This document shows positions 1 to 8,917 of a stretch of 64,000 nucleotides of DNA, one piece after another. Each line of letters begins with the position of its first letter. Position 1 is the stretch's first letter. Position numbers and translations under genes: made by a program. The notes beneath the pieces are model-generated. The model was not told where the DNA came from and did not search any database. It worked only from the letters and a program-made list of their open reading frames with translations. Source of the DNA: Promineifilum sp. (GTDB lineage Bacteria; Chloroflexota; Anaerolineae; Promineifilales; Promineifilaceae); contig JACFOH010000013.1 in assembly GCA_019454405.1 (NCBI GenBank), positions 5,653 through 69,652 of the forward strand, written 5' to 3'.

Positions 1-311
1 TAACAGGTCATGAGCGTGTCGCGGCCATCGGCATCAACTGTACGCCGCCCCGCTTTATCCCCGAGCTGATTCGCGCCGTGCGGTCTGTGACGACCAGACC
101 GGTGATCGTCTATCCCAACTCCGGCGAAACCTATGACCCAATCGAGAAGCGTTGGCTGGGTCAATCGGTCCCGACTGAATTTGGGACTCTTGGTTATCAA
201 TGGCATGCGTTGGGCGCGGACTTGATCGGCGGCTGTTGCCGCACGACGCCCGAACATGTTCACCAGATCAGGGATCGAGTCCAGAAACATCCTCCGATCA
301 ATTCACTGTAA
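1..311 (+). CDS. mmuM: Homocysteine S-methyltransferase, C-terminal part (5'-truncated by window)
   Basis: Open frame from position 3 reads ...AIGINCTPP...VYPNSGE...IGGCCRTTP, the Zn-binding motifs of the HMT family. Confidence 0.9.
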   Translation, partial: TGHERVAAIGINCTPPRFIPELIRAVRSVTTRPVIVYPNSGETYDPIEKRWLGQSVPTEFGTLGYQWHALGADLIGGCCRTTPEHVHQIRDRVQKHPPINSL

Positions 312-324
312 CGAGTAAATCAAT

Positions 325-1215
325 ATGCTTTGGGGAGAAATTGCTGCCCTCTTGACCGCTGTTTGTTGGTCCTTCACCGCCGTCTTTTTCAGCTATAGCG
401 GCCGTCGCGCTGGCGCGGATGTCATCAACCGCAGCCGTCTGCTCTTTGCCTTTGCCTTTTTGCTCGTCACGCATCGGGTTCTGGAGGGACAATTCTTCCC
501 CACCGGGGTTGAGCCGTTCCGCTGGGGATGGTTGGCCGTATCCAGCCTGCTCGGGCTGGTCCTCGGCGATGCTTTTCTGTTCAGGGCGTACGCGTTGATT
601 GGCCCGCACCTGTCGATGCTTATGATGTCGACCGTGCCGATCATCAGTATGTTGGCCGGCTGGCTGCTATTCGGCGAGACGGTTTCCCCCGTGGAACTGG
701 CCGGGATGCTTCTGGCCGTGGCCGGTGTCGCCTGGGTCGTCACCGAGATTCATAGTGACCCCACCCGCACCGATCGCGCCAGCTATAACAAAGGGCTTTT
801 ATTCGGCCTGCTGGGCGCGTTGGGCCAGGTGGCCAATCTGGTTACGGCTCGCTATGCGTTGGTCGATGATTACCCGGCCATCTCGGCTACGGTGATTCGC
901 ATTCTGATCGCTTTAGTGGTGTTATGGGGGCTGGCGGCGGCTCGTGGTCAGATTCGCGAGACGTTTGATAAATGGCGCGACCAGCGGGTTTTCCGCGCGA
1001 TCGTCGCCGGTTCGGTGGCCGGCCCTTTCCTCGGCATTTGGCTGTCGCTGATCGCCGTTCAGAATGCTCGCCTGGGGATCGCCTCGACCCTTATGGCGTT
1101 GCCGCCGGTGCTGCTCATCCCCATGGAGTATTTCATCTTCCGGCATAAAGTCAGCCGGCGCGGCATTACCGGCACGATCATAGCCCTGGTGGGTGTGGCG
1201 ATTCTGTTCTTGTAG
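325..1215 (+). CDS. DMT/EamA family transporter
   Basis: 296 aa, about 10 TM helices in two repeats, LFGE motif; 13 bp after mmuM. Confidence 0.85.
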   Translation: MLWGEIAALLTAVCWSFTAVFFSYSGRRAGADVINRSRLLFAFAFLLVTHRVLEGQFFPTGVEPFRWGWLAVSSLLGLVLGDAFLFRAYALIGPHLSMLMMSTVPIISMLAGWLLFGETVSPVELAGMLLAVAGVAWVVTEIHSDPTRTDRASYNKGLLFGLLGALGQVANLVTARYALVDDYPAISATVIRILIALVVLWGLAAARGQIRETFDKWRDQRVFRAIVAGSVAGPFLGIWLSLIAVQNARLGIASTLMALPPVLLIPMEYFIFRHKVSRRGITGTIIALVGVAILFL

Positions 1216-1225
1216 ACGCGGTTGC

Positions 1226-1834
1226 TTATTCGGGCGTCGGGCTGGCGATGATCATCTGCAGGAGGCCGCGGCCGTGGGTCGTTGTTTGGTCAAGGTGGAA
1301 GCCGCTGGCGGCGACGGTTGAAGCGGTCTCGCGGTTCAGGTGGCATGATCCCTGGAGAGCGAACCAGACGGGATGCAGCCAGTCGGTCATCCGGCGTGTG
1401 AAGGACGTCTGCCCGCGAACATGCTCCAGCAAGAGTAGCCGGCCGTCGGGCTTCAGGACGCGCTTGATCTCGGCCAGGGCGCGGTCCGGCTGTTCGATGC
1501 TGCAAAAGACAAGCGAGCCGATGACGGTGTCGAAGGCGTCATTGGGGAAGGGGAGGTCCTGGGCGTTCGCACAGGCCAGGATGGTCGCGCGTTCGCGGCC
1601 GTTTTGGCGCGCCTTCCGGGCCACCGTTTCCAGCCGTTCCGGTTCCACGTCAATGGCCGTCACAGTCGTGCCCGGCTGATACAGACCGATATTCGCCCCC
1701 GTACCTACTCCGATTTCAAGGGTGTTGCCATGCGCTTCGGCCGTCAGCCAACGCCGTAATTTTGATATGCCGGCTCGTTCGAGGGGATACATTCCGCGAT
1801 CGTATCGTTGGGCTGTCTTGTCGCTGGTCGCCAT
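1226..1834 (-). CDS. Class I SAM-dependent methyltransferase (Methyltransf_11-like)
   Basis: LEIGVGTG motif I, LPFPNDAFDTV, RVLKPDG, LEHV. Confidence 0.9.
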   Translation of the reverse strand: MATSDKTAQRYDRGMYPLERAGISKLRRWLTAEAHGNTLEIGVGTGANIGLYQPGTTVTAIDVEPERLETVARKARQNGRERATILACANAQDLPFPNDAFDTVIGSLVFCSIEQPDRALAEIKRVLKPDGRLLLLEHVRGQTSFTRRMTDWLHPVWFALQGSCHLNRETASTVAASGFHLDQTTTHGRGLLQMIIASPTPE

Positions 1835-1894
1835 GGGATATTACATCTTTGCCGAAAATATGATTTTTGATTATACGGCGCGGCCGGGAAATGA

Positions 1895-1928
1895 AAAGAG
1901 CAGCTCGCGAGATGTTGAGCTGCTCTTT
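1895..1928 (-). terminator. Intrinsic terminator downstream of the lytic transglycosylase
   Basis: 12-bp perfect inverted repeat AAAGAGCAGCTC / GAGCTGCTCTTT followed by a T-rich run on the minus strand. Confidence 0.8.
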
Positions 1929-1954
1929 AGATGAGGCGTAATCCGGAAGCGTGC

Positions 1955-2779
1955 TTATTGCTGAATGCCCAGGCGGGCGGCCGCCTGCTGGCACAGACTC
2001 GCTCCGCCGGCGGCCAGCCATTCGTTTAGCCTCTCGCTGCTCGAATGGCCGGCGGCGGCGTCCTGATAGATCCCCGTGCTCCAGACGTAGTAGCGCTGCG
2101 TCTCGGCCGGCCAGGTGTCCCAACTGCGGGCGGCCGTGCCGTGGCCGCCGTTGTAGCCGGCGAAGGTTCGATTCACGTCGCCGCCGGTTTGTTGCATACC
2201 CAGCGCCAGATAAGCCATGCCTCGCCTTGCGTTGGTGTCCGGGTCCTGCATCGACTCGCCCGCCTCGAAGTGGAAGGGCATCACCTGGAAAAGACCTTGC
2301 GCCCCCGCGCCAGAGACGGCGTTGGGATCGCCACATGATTCGATCTGCATGACCGTGGCCGCCATGTTGGGATCGATGCCGTATTCATTGGCCCAGGCGA
2401 CGATCTGCGGCGCCCAATACTGAACTTCTTTTGTGAACAGGGGCGCGATGCCGCCGGTGGCGGCCGGCGCCGGCGCCAGAGCCGGCGCAACTTCCTGCTC
2501 GGCCACGACCGCCTGCTCCGGACTTGTTTCCGGCTGGGCTGCCGGCTCAACCGCTTGTTCCGCGGTCGCCGCGATATTTCCGGAGCGCGCGACCAGGACG
2601 CCGAAAAGGAGCATGAACAGGATGGCGGCCAGAAGGATGAACGCCATGCGTCGCTGGACTGTCACTACCGGGTCGGGCATGTAGGGCGTTGTTGCTTCCG
2701 CCAGCCCATAACTGTCTTCTTCCATTTGGCTCAAAGGAGAGTTTACATAATAATATGGAGTTTCCTGATAAGTTGTCAT
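1955..2779 (-). CDS. Membrane-anchored lytic transglycosylase (SLT domain)
   Basis: N-terminal TM helix, Ala/Pro linker, QIES catalytic Glu, GAQGLFQVMP, AGYNGG. Confidence 0.9.
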   Translation of the reverse strand: MTTYQETPYYYVNSPLSQMEEDSYGLAEATTPYMPDPVVTVQRRMAFILLAAILFMLLFGVLVARSGNIAATAEQAVEPAAQPETSPEQAVVAEQEVAPALAPAPAATGGIAPLFTKEVQYWAPQIVAWANEYGIDPNMAATVMQIESCGDPNAVSGAGAQGLFQVMPFHFEAGESMQDPDTNARRGMAYLALGMQQTGGDVNRTFAGYNGGHGTAARSWDTWPAETQRYYVWSTGIYQDAAAGHSSSERLNEWLAAGGASLCQQAAARLGIQQ

Positions 2780-2817
2780 AGTTTAACGCCACTTGTGTTG
2801 AGCGGTCACCTGACCGC

Positions 2818-3693
2818 TCAACGGCGAGGATTCATCGGACGAGCCTGAACGGGTTGCCGTTGCATGTTGCCCGGCAGCGGCGGGCGCCTTTCAACTCTGG
2901 AGGCGGGCTGCCGCGCGCCGGAGCCGGTGGTTTTGGGCGCGGGCATGTCGTCGAATGGTTCATCAATCGGTTCATAGGTAATCGGCGTGGCCTGAGCTGC
3001 TGGATGAGATGGCTGCTGGCGCGCGCCGTTCCCCGTCGCCGGATTCTTTGGTCGGGCGGCATGGTTTGGCTGCGGTGTGGATGCGCTGCCGGCGGGTTCC
3101 CGCTTTGGCTGGGCGCGCCCGGGTTCGGACGTGCCGGCCGGCCGGCGGGACGCGTCCGCGGGCGCAGAACGCCGATCATCATCCCGCACTATGGCGAATA
3201 CATTCTCTCCGGCTACGGAGAAAGCGCCGATGAAGAGAATCCGTGTCAACCACACCAGCGTTGCCACGAAGATCGGGACGTAGCGCAGCAACATCTCGCG
3301 GCTCAATACTTCGTTGCCGAACTCGTGACTAAGCAGGGAGACGGAGACCGCCCACCAGGTCAGGGTCGAGTTGGCGATCGTCCCCAGGAACCACGCGCCG
3401 GTCAGAAACCACACGGTGCGCGGTTCTTCTCGCCCGCGCTCGGGCGTGATGATTCTTACCAGGCCGGCGAAGTCGATCGCGCAAAAGGCGATGGCCAGGA
3501 CCGTCGCCCACATGATGCCGGCGAAGCGAATGTCGCCCATCAGGTTGGCCAGAGCGAATTGCGTCGTATCGTAATTGAAGACCTCAAAGGCGATCAGGGC
3601 GATTGCCAGGATCGCGGCGATGATCATTTTGCGGGCGGCTGACTCGTGCCCGCTGAAATCCAATGCAAATGCGTTGCTCGGGTTCTTTAACAT
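2818..3693 (-). CDS. Hypothetical protein with about 4 TM helices and a Pro-rich disordered C-terminal tail
   Basis: AAGGAG RBS precedes ATG at 3693 (MLKNPS); hydrophobic N-terminal half, low-complexity C-terminal half. Confidence 0.8.
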   Translation of the reverse strand: MLKNPSNAFALDFSGHESAARKMIIAAILAIALIAFEVFNYDTTQFALANLMGDIRFAGIMWATVLAIAFCAIDFAGLVRIITPERGREEPRTVWFLTGAWFLGTIANSTLTWWAVSVSLLSHEFGNEVLSREMLLRYVPIFVATLVWLTRILFIGAFSVAGENVFAIVRDDDRRSAPADASRRPAGTSEPGRAQPKREPAGSASTPQPNHAARPKNPATGNGARQQPSHPAAQATPITYEPIDEPFDDMPAPKTTGSGARQPASRVERRPPLPGNMQRQPVQARPMNPRR

Positions 3694-3756
3694 CGTGCTA
3701 CTCCTTTTCTTGTGTTTGATTGGGCGGTTGCGCTGAATCGCCATTTTCATCTATTC

Positions 3757-3770
3757 AGAACAATTGTTCT
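3757..3770. promoter_or_regulatory. LexA-type operator (GAAC-N4-GTTC) AGAACAATTGTTCT
   Basis: Perfect 14-bp palindrome just downstream of a minus-strand sigma70-type promoter. Confidence 0.75.
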
Positions 3771-3783
3771 ATCACAGGACTAT

Positions 3784-3812
3784 ATAATAATGGTAATCCC
3801 GGGCGTTGTCAA
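3784..3812 (-). promoter_or_regulatory. Sigma70-type promoter TTGACA-17-TATTAT for the 3693 gene
   Basis: -35 TTGACA at 3812-3807, -10 TATTAT at 3789-3784, exact 17-bp spacer. Confidence 0.8.
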
Positions 3813-3848
3813 TCGATCTGCGGGAACTCTCGATTAATGATGATGAGG

Positions 3849-3854
3849 TATAAT
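3849..3854 (+). promoter_or_regulatory. -10 box TATAAT, 7 nt before ATG 3862 (probable leaderless mRNA)
   Basis: No SD sequence between the box and the start codon. Confidence 0.65.
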
Positions 3855-3861
3855 CGGCCGT

Positions 3862-6543
3862 ATGGCGCTCATCCTGACGCACGAGAAGACGGATTTCGAC
3901 GCGGTGGCCTCCCAATTGGGAGCAAAAAAGCTCTACCCGTCGGCCGTGGCCTTGTTGCCGCATCACCTGAATCGTAACGTTCAGCAGTTTCTCAATTTGT
4001 ATTGGGATTCATTGCCGTTCGTTCGTGCTACGGACTGGCGGAGGCGACAGGTCGATAAGGTCATTCTGGTCGATACGCATACGGTCAGCAACGTGCGCGG
4101 CCTGGTGGCCGAGCCTAAGGTCCACGTTATCGATCATCATATGGGGCATGCGCCGAAACCGGGCTGGACCTATGAAGTGGAACCCGTTGGCGCGACAAGC
4201 ACACTCCTCGTCGAGCGGCTGCTGGAACGAGGATTAGTGCTATCGCCTGAGGAAGCCACGCTGCTGCTGTTGGGCATCTATGAGGATACCGGCGGCCTGA
4301 CCTATGACACGACGACGGCTCGCGACGTGCATGCCGCCGCCCGAATGCTGGAGCAGGGCGCCCAACTGGTTGTCGCCCGGCGCTTTCTCAATGTGGCTTT
4401 GTCTGACCAGCAACGGCAGCTTTATGATGCGCTGCTGCATAATGTTGAGTGGCTGCGGGTTGAGGAACGAACGATCGTCATCGCCTCGGCCGATGCCGTG
4501 CCCGGCTTTGACGACGAGATCTCGTCTGTGGCGCACCGCTTGCGAGAGACGTTGACGCCCGATGGCCTGTTCGTCCTCGTGCAATTAGGCGATGGCGTCC
4601 AGGTTGTCGCCCGCAGCTCGGTCGATGAGATCGACGCCGGCCTGGTGGCTCGTCACCTCGGCGGCGGCGGGCATAGCCGGGCCGCGGCGGCGATGGTCGT
4701 GGGCAGCCGCCTGGCTGGGGTTGTCGATCGAATCCGTACCATTCTGCCCCAGATCGTCCGGCCGACGGTGCGCGTCTCGGCGTTGATGTCCCATGGAGTA
4801 CAGACGGTTACTGACTCGACGACGATCAGGGATGTTGCGGACCTGATGCAGCGCTACGGGCATGAAGGCTACCCCGTCGTCGACAAGCAAAGGCGCCATA
4901 TCGTCGGACTTGTCACCCGGGGCGATATCGATCGGGCGATGAATCATGACATGGGCGGGCACCCCGTCGGCCGTATCATGCGGCCCGGGTCGATCACGGT
5001 CAAGCCGACGGATACGATCGAGCGTGTCCAGGAGCTGATGGCCGCCGAGGGCTGGGGGCAGATTCCGGTCGTCGCCGATGGAGATGGCCCTCATGGATCG
5101 TTGCCCATCGGCATTGTCACCCGCACGGACTTGCTGAACGCTCTCTTCAAACCGCCCCCGGAGACGTTGGGGAGCGACATGCGCCGGCAATTGGCCGACT
5201 CTTTCTCACCTGAATTGTGGGCGCTGGTGCGGGTCGTTGGGGAGACGGCCGCGCGGCTGCAGATGGCCATCTATTTTGTCGGCGGTCTGGTGCGCGATCT
5301 GCTGCTCCAGAAGCCGCCGACCGATCTCGACATCGTCATCGAGGGCGATGCTATCCAGTTGGTGCAGGAACTATGCCGGCGATTTGGCGGCGAGGTCCAC
5401 AGCCACGGCCGCTTTGGCACCGCCAAGTGGACCCTGGGCGGCGAAACGTATGCAGCGATCCTCGATGCGGTCGCGGAAGAACGCCTCGATATCGGGTCCG
5501 ATGAGCCGGTGGCGGCCGGCGCCGTGCGAATGCCCGCGCCCGGCCAGATCGATTTTGTCAGCGCGCGCAAGGAATTTTACAAGCGGCCGACCGCCTTGCC
5601 CGATGTCGAACCGGGGTCGATCAAGCTCGATCTGCACCGGCGGGATTTCACCATCAATACCCTGGCTATCCGGCTTGACGGCGATTATTTGGGCCAACTG
5701 CTCGATTTCTACGGAGGACGGCGCGATCTGCGGCGCGGTCTCATTCGTGTTCTGCATAGCCTGAGTTTTATTGACGACCCCACGCGGATCTTGCGCGCTG
5801 TCCGTCTGGAACAGCGGCTCGGCTTTACAATCGAGGAGAACACCGCCGCTCTCATCGACGCCGCGCTGCCGTTGCTCGACCGCGTCAGCGGGGAGCGCAT
5901 TCGCAACGAGATTGAACTGAGCCTCAATGAAGCGAACCCGATCAAGGTGATGGAGCGCCTCGACGGATTGGGCGTGTTCAAGCATCTCCACCCGGATTTA
6001 TCGTGGCGCGCAGAGACGGCGGCGGTCTATGAGCGCATCCCCCGATTGGCGGCCGACCCGATCTGGGGAGAGATTTACCGTTCCAGCCCGCCGGAATTCT
6101 TCTACTTCGCCGCCTGGTTAGCTCCGTTTCCCAAGCCGGTTCCGGAAATGGTCGGGAACCGCCTGCGTGTTCGCAAGACGACGATGGATGATTTACTGGG
6201 GATGGCGACCGTGCGCGAGGCGCTGCTCGGGTTGCCCGAAGACGCGCGCCCCAGCGAAGTTATGCGCGCCCTGGCTCCGTTTGCTCCTCGCGCTTTGTTG
6301 ACCGCGCGCGCGCTCGACCTGGGCTTGCAAATCAATGCCTGGCTCGATCGCTACATCGCGGAATGGCGACATGTCAGGACGACCACCACCGGCGATGACC
6401 TGCGGCGAGCCGGCTTGTCGCCCGGGCCTATCTATACCCGAATCCTGGACCGCCTGCTGGTCGCCCGGCTCGACGGCGAAGTTCAGGACGACGCGGCCGA
6501 GCGCGCCCTGCTGGAATCCTTGCTGGCCGGCGCGCAAGCATAG
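3862..6543 (+). CDS. DHH/DHHA1-CBS-tRNA nucleotidyltransferase fusion (CCA/A-adding, polyA polymerase family)
   Basis: TDFDA, IDHH, GGGGH (DHH/DHHA1), CBS pair, VGGLVRD, DLDIV, RRDFTIN, DDPTRILRA. Confidence 0.9.
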   Translation: MALILTHEKTDFDAVASQLGAKKLYPSAVALLPHHLNRNVQQFLNLYWDSLPFVRATDWRRRQVDKVILVDTHTVSNVRGLVAEPKVHVIDHHMGHAPKPGWTYEVEPVGATSTLLVERLLERGLVLSPEEATLLLLGIYEDTGGLTYDTTTARDVHAAARMLEQGAQLVVARRFLNVALSDQQRQLYDALLHNVEWLRVEERTIVIASADAVPGFDDEISSVAHRLRETLTPDGLFVLVQLGDGVQVVARSSVDEIDAGLVARHLGGGGHSRAAAAMVVGSRLAGVVDRIRTILPQIVRPTVRVSALMSHGVQTVTDSTTIRDVADLMQRYGHEGYPVVDKQRRHIVGLVTRGDIDRAMNHDMGGHPVGRIMRPGSITVKPTDTIERVQELMAAEGWGQIPVVADGDGPHGSLPIGIVTRTDLLNALFKPPPETLGSDMRRQLADSFSPELWALVRVVGETAARLQMAIYFVGGLVRDLLLQKPPTDLDIVIEGDAIQLVQELCRRFGGEVHSHGRFGTAKWTLGGETYAAILDAVAEERLDIGSDEPVAAGAVRMPAPGQIDFVSARKEFYKRPTALPDVEPGSIKLDLHRRDFTINTLAIRLDGDYLGQLLDFYGGRRDLRRGLIRVLHSLSFIDDPTRILRAVRLEQRLGFTIEENTAALIDAALPLLDRVSGERIRNEIELSLNEANPIKVMERLDGLGVFKHLHPDLSWRAETAAVYERIPRLAADPIWGEIYRSSPPEFFYFAAWLAPFPKPVPEMVGNRLRVRKTTMDDLLGMATVREALLGLPEDARPSEVMRALAPFAPRALLTARALDLGLQINAWLDRYIAEWRHVRTTTTGDDLRRAGLSPGPIYTRILDRLLVARLDGEVQDDAAERALLESLLAGAQA

Positions 6544-6558
6544 GCTGGTCTTGTTATG

Positions 6559-8916
6559 TCAAGATGAAACAAAGCTGGCGATAGCCTCGTTGGCCTCGTC
6601 GTCGATGACGACTTTCAGCGAGCTGCCGGCGACGGCTTGCAGATCGATGACGCGCAGCACGTCCTCGAGATCGGTTGCTTCGGGCAGGTAGAAACTCAAT
6701 CGATTGGGCGACTGGCGCAACAAGTCCCAATCCATCATCGTGCCTTCTTGTGGCGCGGGTTGAATGCCCAGCACGAAGATGCCCGCGTCGATGACGTCCT
6801 CGAAGAAATCCGTTCCATAGGCTAACTCCGGCGCGGGCGTGTAGGACGGGCTGATCTCTACCAGCAACCCCGAGTTATTGATATCCCCGAAAGTGATGGG
6901 AACGCTCAGGCGGCTGTTGGCGCTGCCCCAGCGGCCCGGCCCGATGAGGCCGAAGCGGCTCGCCGGCAGCAAATCATTAAGCGCAGTCACGGCGTCGGCG
7001 ATCGCCTGGCGGCGCGCCTCGTCTTCTATGTCATAGTAGACTTCCGGATCCACGAAGACGAGATAATCGATCGCCTCGACCGTTCCCGCGGGCCGGCGGG
7101 TGGGCATGGAGAAGAGGCGGCGGCTCGTATCGGACATGACCTCTTTCAGTTCTTTTGGCGTCCGCGGCTGGGAGCGGCGCTCGTTGAGAGGGCGGCACTC
7201 CAGGATATAGAGGCGGTAGTTGTGTACGGCGCGGCCGTCTTGCGGGCCGGCGCTGCCCGGCTCGATCTCGATGGCGAACTCCAGATCGACCGGCTCTCGA
7301 TAGACCTTCTCCAGCCTATCGAGAGATTCACGCATGATATCGGGGAACGTGGGATCCTCGATCAGCCCGTCGAAGGTCAGAACGATGTGATCGCTGTCCG
7401 TTAACTCATGCCCCTCCGGGAAGGGGAGCAGGTCGTTTCCGGTGTCGAGTGTGGCGATGAGCGGCAGGAGATGCTCGTTTCCCTCCAGCCCTTCGCGCAC
7501 GGGGATGGTCGTCATGCTGTTTTGCTTGCGGCCGATGGCGGCCATGATTCGCTGGGCGTAGATGCGGCGACCCTCGACCGAGCTGTCCGTCCGCAAGTGA
7601 GGATGGCTGAGCGGTATCAGCCGGGGGTAATCCTGGTCGACGCGTTCGACGGCCCTTGTGCTCAACCCCGTGACCACTCGCAGGAAGCCCACGTCCGGCC
7701 GTATTTCCGGTGTCCAGCAAAACGGGTTGATACTGAAGCCCACGCCGGCCACGTCGGGGTAGAAGTAGTCGCCATTCCAGCGGCCGGTTACGCGCTGGAG
7801 AAGGATCGCCATGCGCTCGTCGTAGTCGATGAGGCCGTACTTCTTGCGGTAGCGCAGCGCCTCAGGGTTGACGGTGCTGGCATAGACGCGACGGATGGCG
7901 TCGAGGACGGCCGTCAGATTCTCCTTGGGCGTGCCCTGATTGGGGCAGATATAGCTGCTGTACTTGCCGGCGAATGAATAACCGAAATTATCCTCCAGGA
8001 GGCTGGACGACCTGACGACGACGGGGCTGTTGCCCAGAGACGCCAGCACCTCCCGCACCTGAGTCACCACGTAATCCGGAAGTCTGGCGGCCAGGAAGTC
8101 CTCGACGATGCGCGGATATTCCGACCGCATCTCCTGCACCGTGCGGTACTTTTGATTCATGTGGTGCTCGAGCTTGTTCATCAGGAAGAACTCGTAAATC
8201 ACGTCGGTGCCGATGAAGAACGAGTCGGGGATGTTAATGGTGGCGTTGTCGAATGTCTCGTCTACATCGTGCAGGATCCGCCAGGCGAGATAGATACCGG
8301 CCGCCTTGCCGCCGATTTTGCCCGTGCCGATGAGACTTAGATAGATTTGCCGTAGATCCCGGATGGTCAGCACGCGCTTGGCCACGCCGATGTAGGGCAA
8401 CTGGTCGCTCATCAATCGCTTGATGAGCACGACCTTGATCTCTTCCAGGTGGTGCGCATGGCGCTCTCGTTCACTGGGCGACATGCGCTCGTAGATTTCG
8501 CCTTGCTGGAATAGCATCTCCCATGGGGCGATCTCGGGGTTGAAGGAAATCGCCTCCATGTTTGGGTCAGACGAACGGCTGTTGAGCACTTCTTCGATCA
8601 GGGCGTCCAGCCGCGCGCTGCCAAAGTTGTCGGCGAACAGGGCGTCGGTGTGCATGTCGCGGATGCGATCCATGCGCAGCTGCCAGGTTTGAGAATCCTC
8701 TTCGTAGTAGGGGTCTCCCAGTCCTTCACGGCGTTGGGAGGCGATGCTCAATTCGCGAACCTCTTGCTCGAAACTTTCCCGCTCGATGATGCCCCGTCCG
8801 AACAACTCCTGTCGCATGCGCTCGCGCAGCCGGTCGGCCAGGATCGGATATTGGGCCAGCTTGATGTAAATGTCGATAGTGGGCGTCGTGGTGCGTAATG
8901 GGGGATTGCTCGTCAT
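6559..8916 (-). CDS. PEP/pyruvate-binding (PPDK N-terminal, ATP-grasp) domain protein, paralogue 2
   Basis: IGGKA, VRSSSLLED, FAGKY, LECRP, GPGRWGS; clear paralogue of the adjacent gene. Confidence 0.85.
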   Translation of the reverse strand: MTSNPPLRTTTPTIDIYIKLAQYPILADRLRERMRQELFGRGIIERESFEQEVRELSIASQRREGLGDPYYEEDSQTWQLRMDRIRDMHTDALFADNFGSARLDALIEEVLNSRSSDPNMEAISFNPEIAPWEMLFQQGEIYERMSPSERERHAHHLEEIKVVLIKRLMSDQLPYIGVAKRVLTIRDLRQIYLSLIGTGKIGGKAAGIYLAWRILHDVDETFDNATINIPDSFFIGTDVIYEFFLMNKLEHHMNQKYRTVQEMRSEYPRIVEDFLAARLPDYVVTQVREVLASLGNSPVVVRSSSLLEDNFGYSFAGKYSSYICPNQGTPKENLTAVLDAIRRVYASTVNPEALRYRKKYGLIDYDERMAILLQRVTGRWNGDYFYPDVAGVGFSINPFCWTPEIRPDVGFLRVVTGLSTRAVERVDQDYPRLIPLSHPHLRTDSSVEGRRIYAQRIMAAIGRKQNSMTTIPVREGLEGNEHLLPLIATLDTGNDLLPFPEGHELTDSDHIVLTFDGLIEDPTFPDIMRESLDRLEKVYREPVDLEFAIEIEPGSAGPQDGRAVHNYRLYILECRPLNERRSQPRTPKELKEVMSDTSRRLFSMPTRRPAGTVEAIDYLVFVDPEVYYDIEDEARRQAIADAVTALNDLLPASRFGLIGPGRWGSANSRLSVPITFGDINNSGLLVEISPSYTPAPELAYGTDFFEDVIDAGIFVLGIQPAPQEGTMMDWDLLRQSPNRLSFYLPEATDLEDVLRVIDLQAVAGSSLKVVIDDEANEAIASFVSS

Positions 8917-8917
8917 G

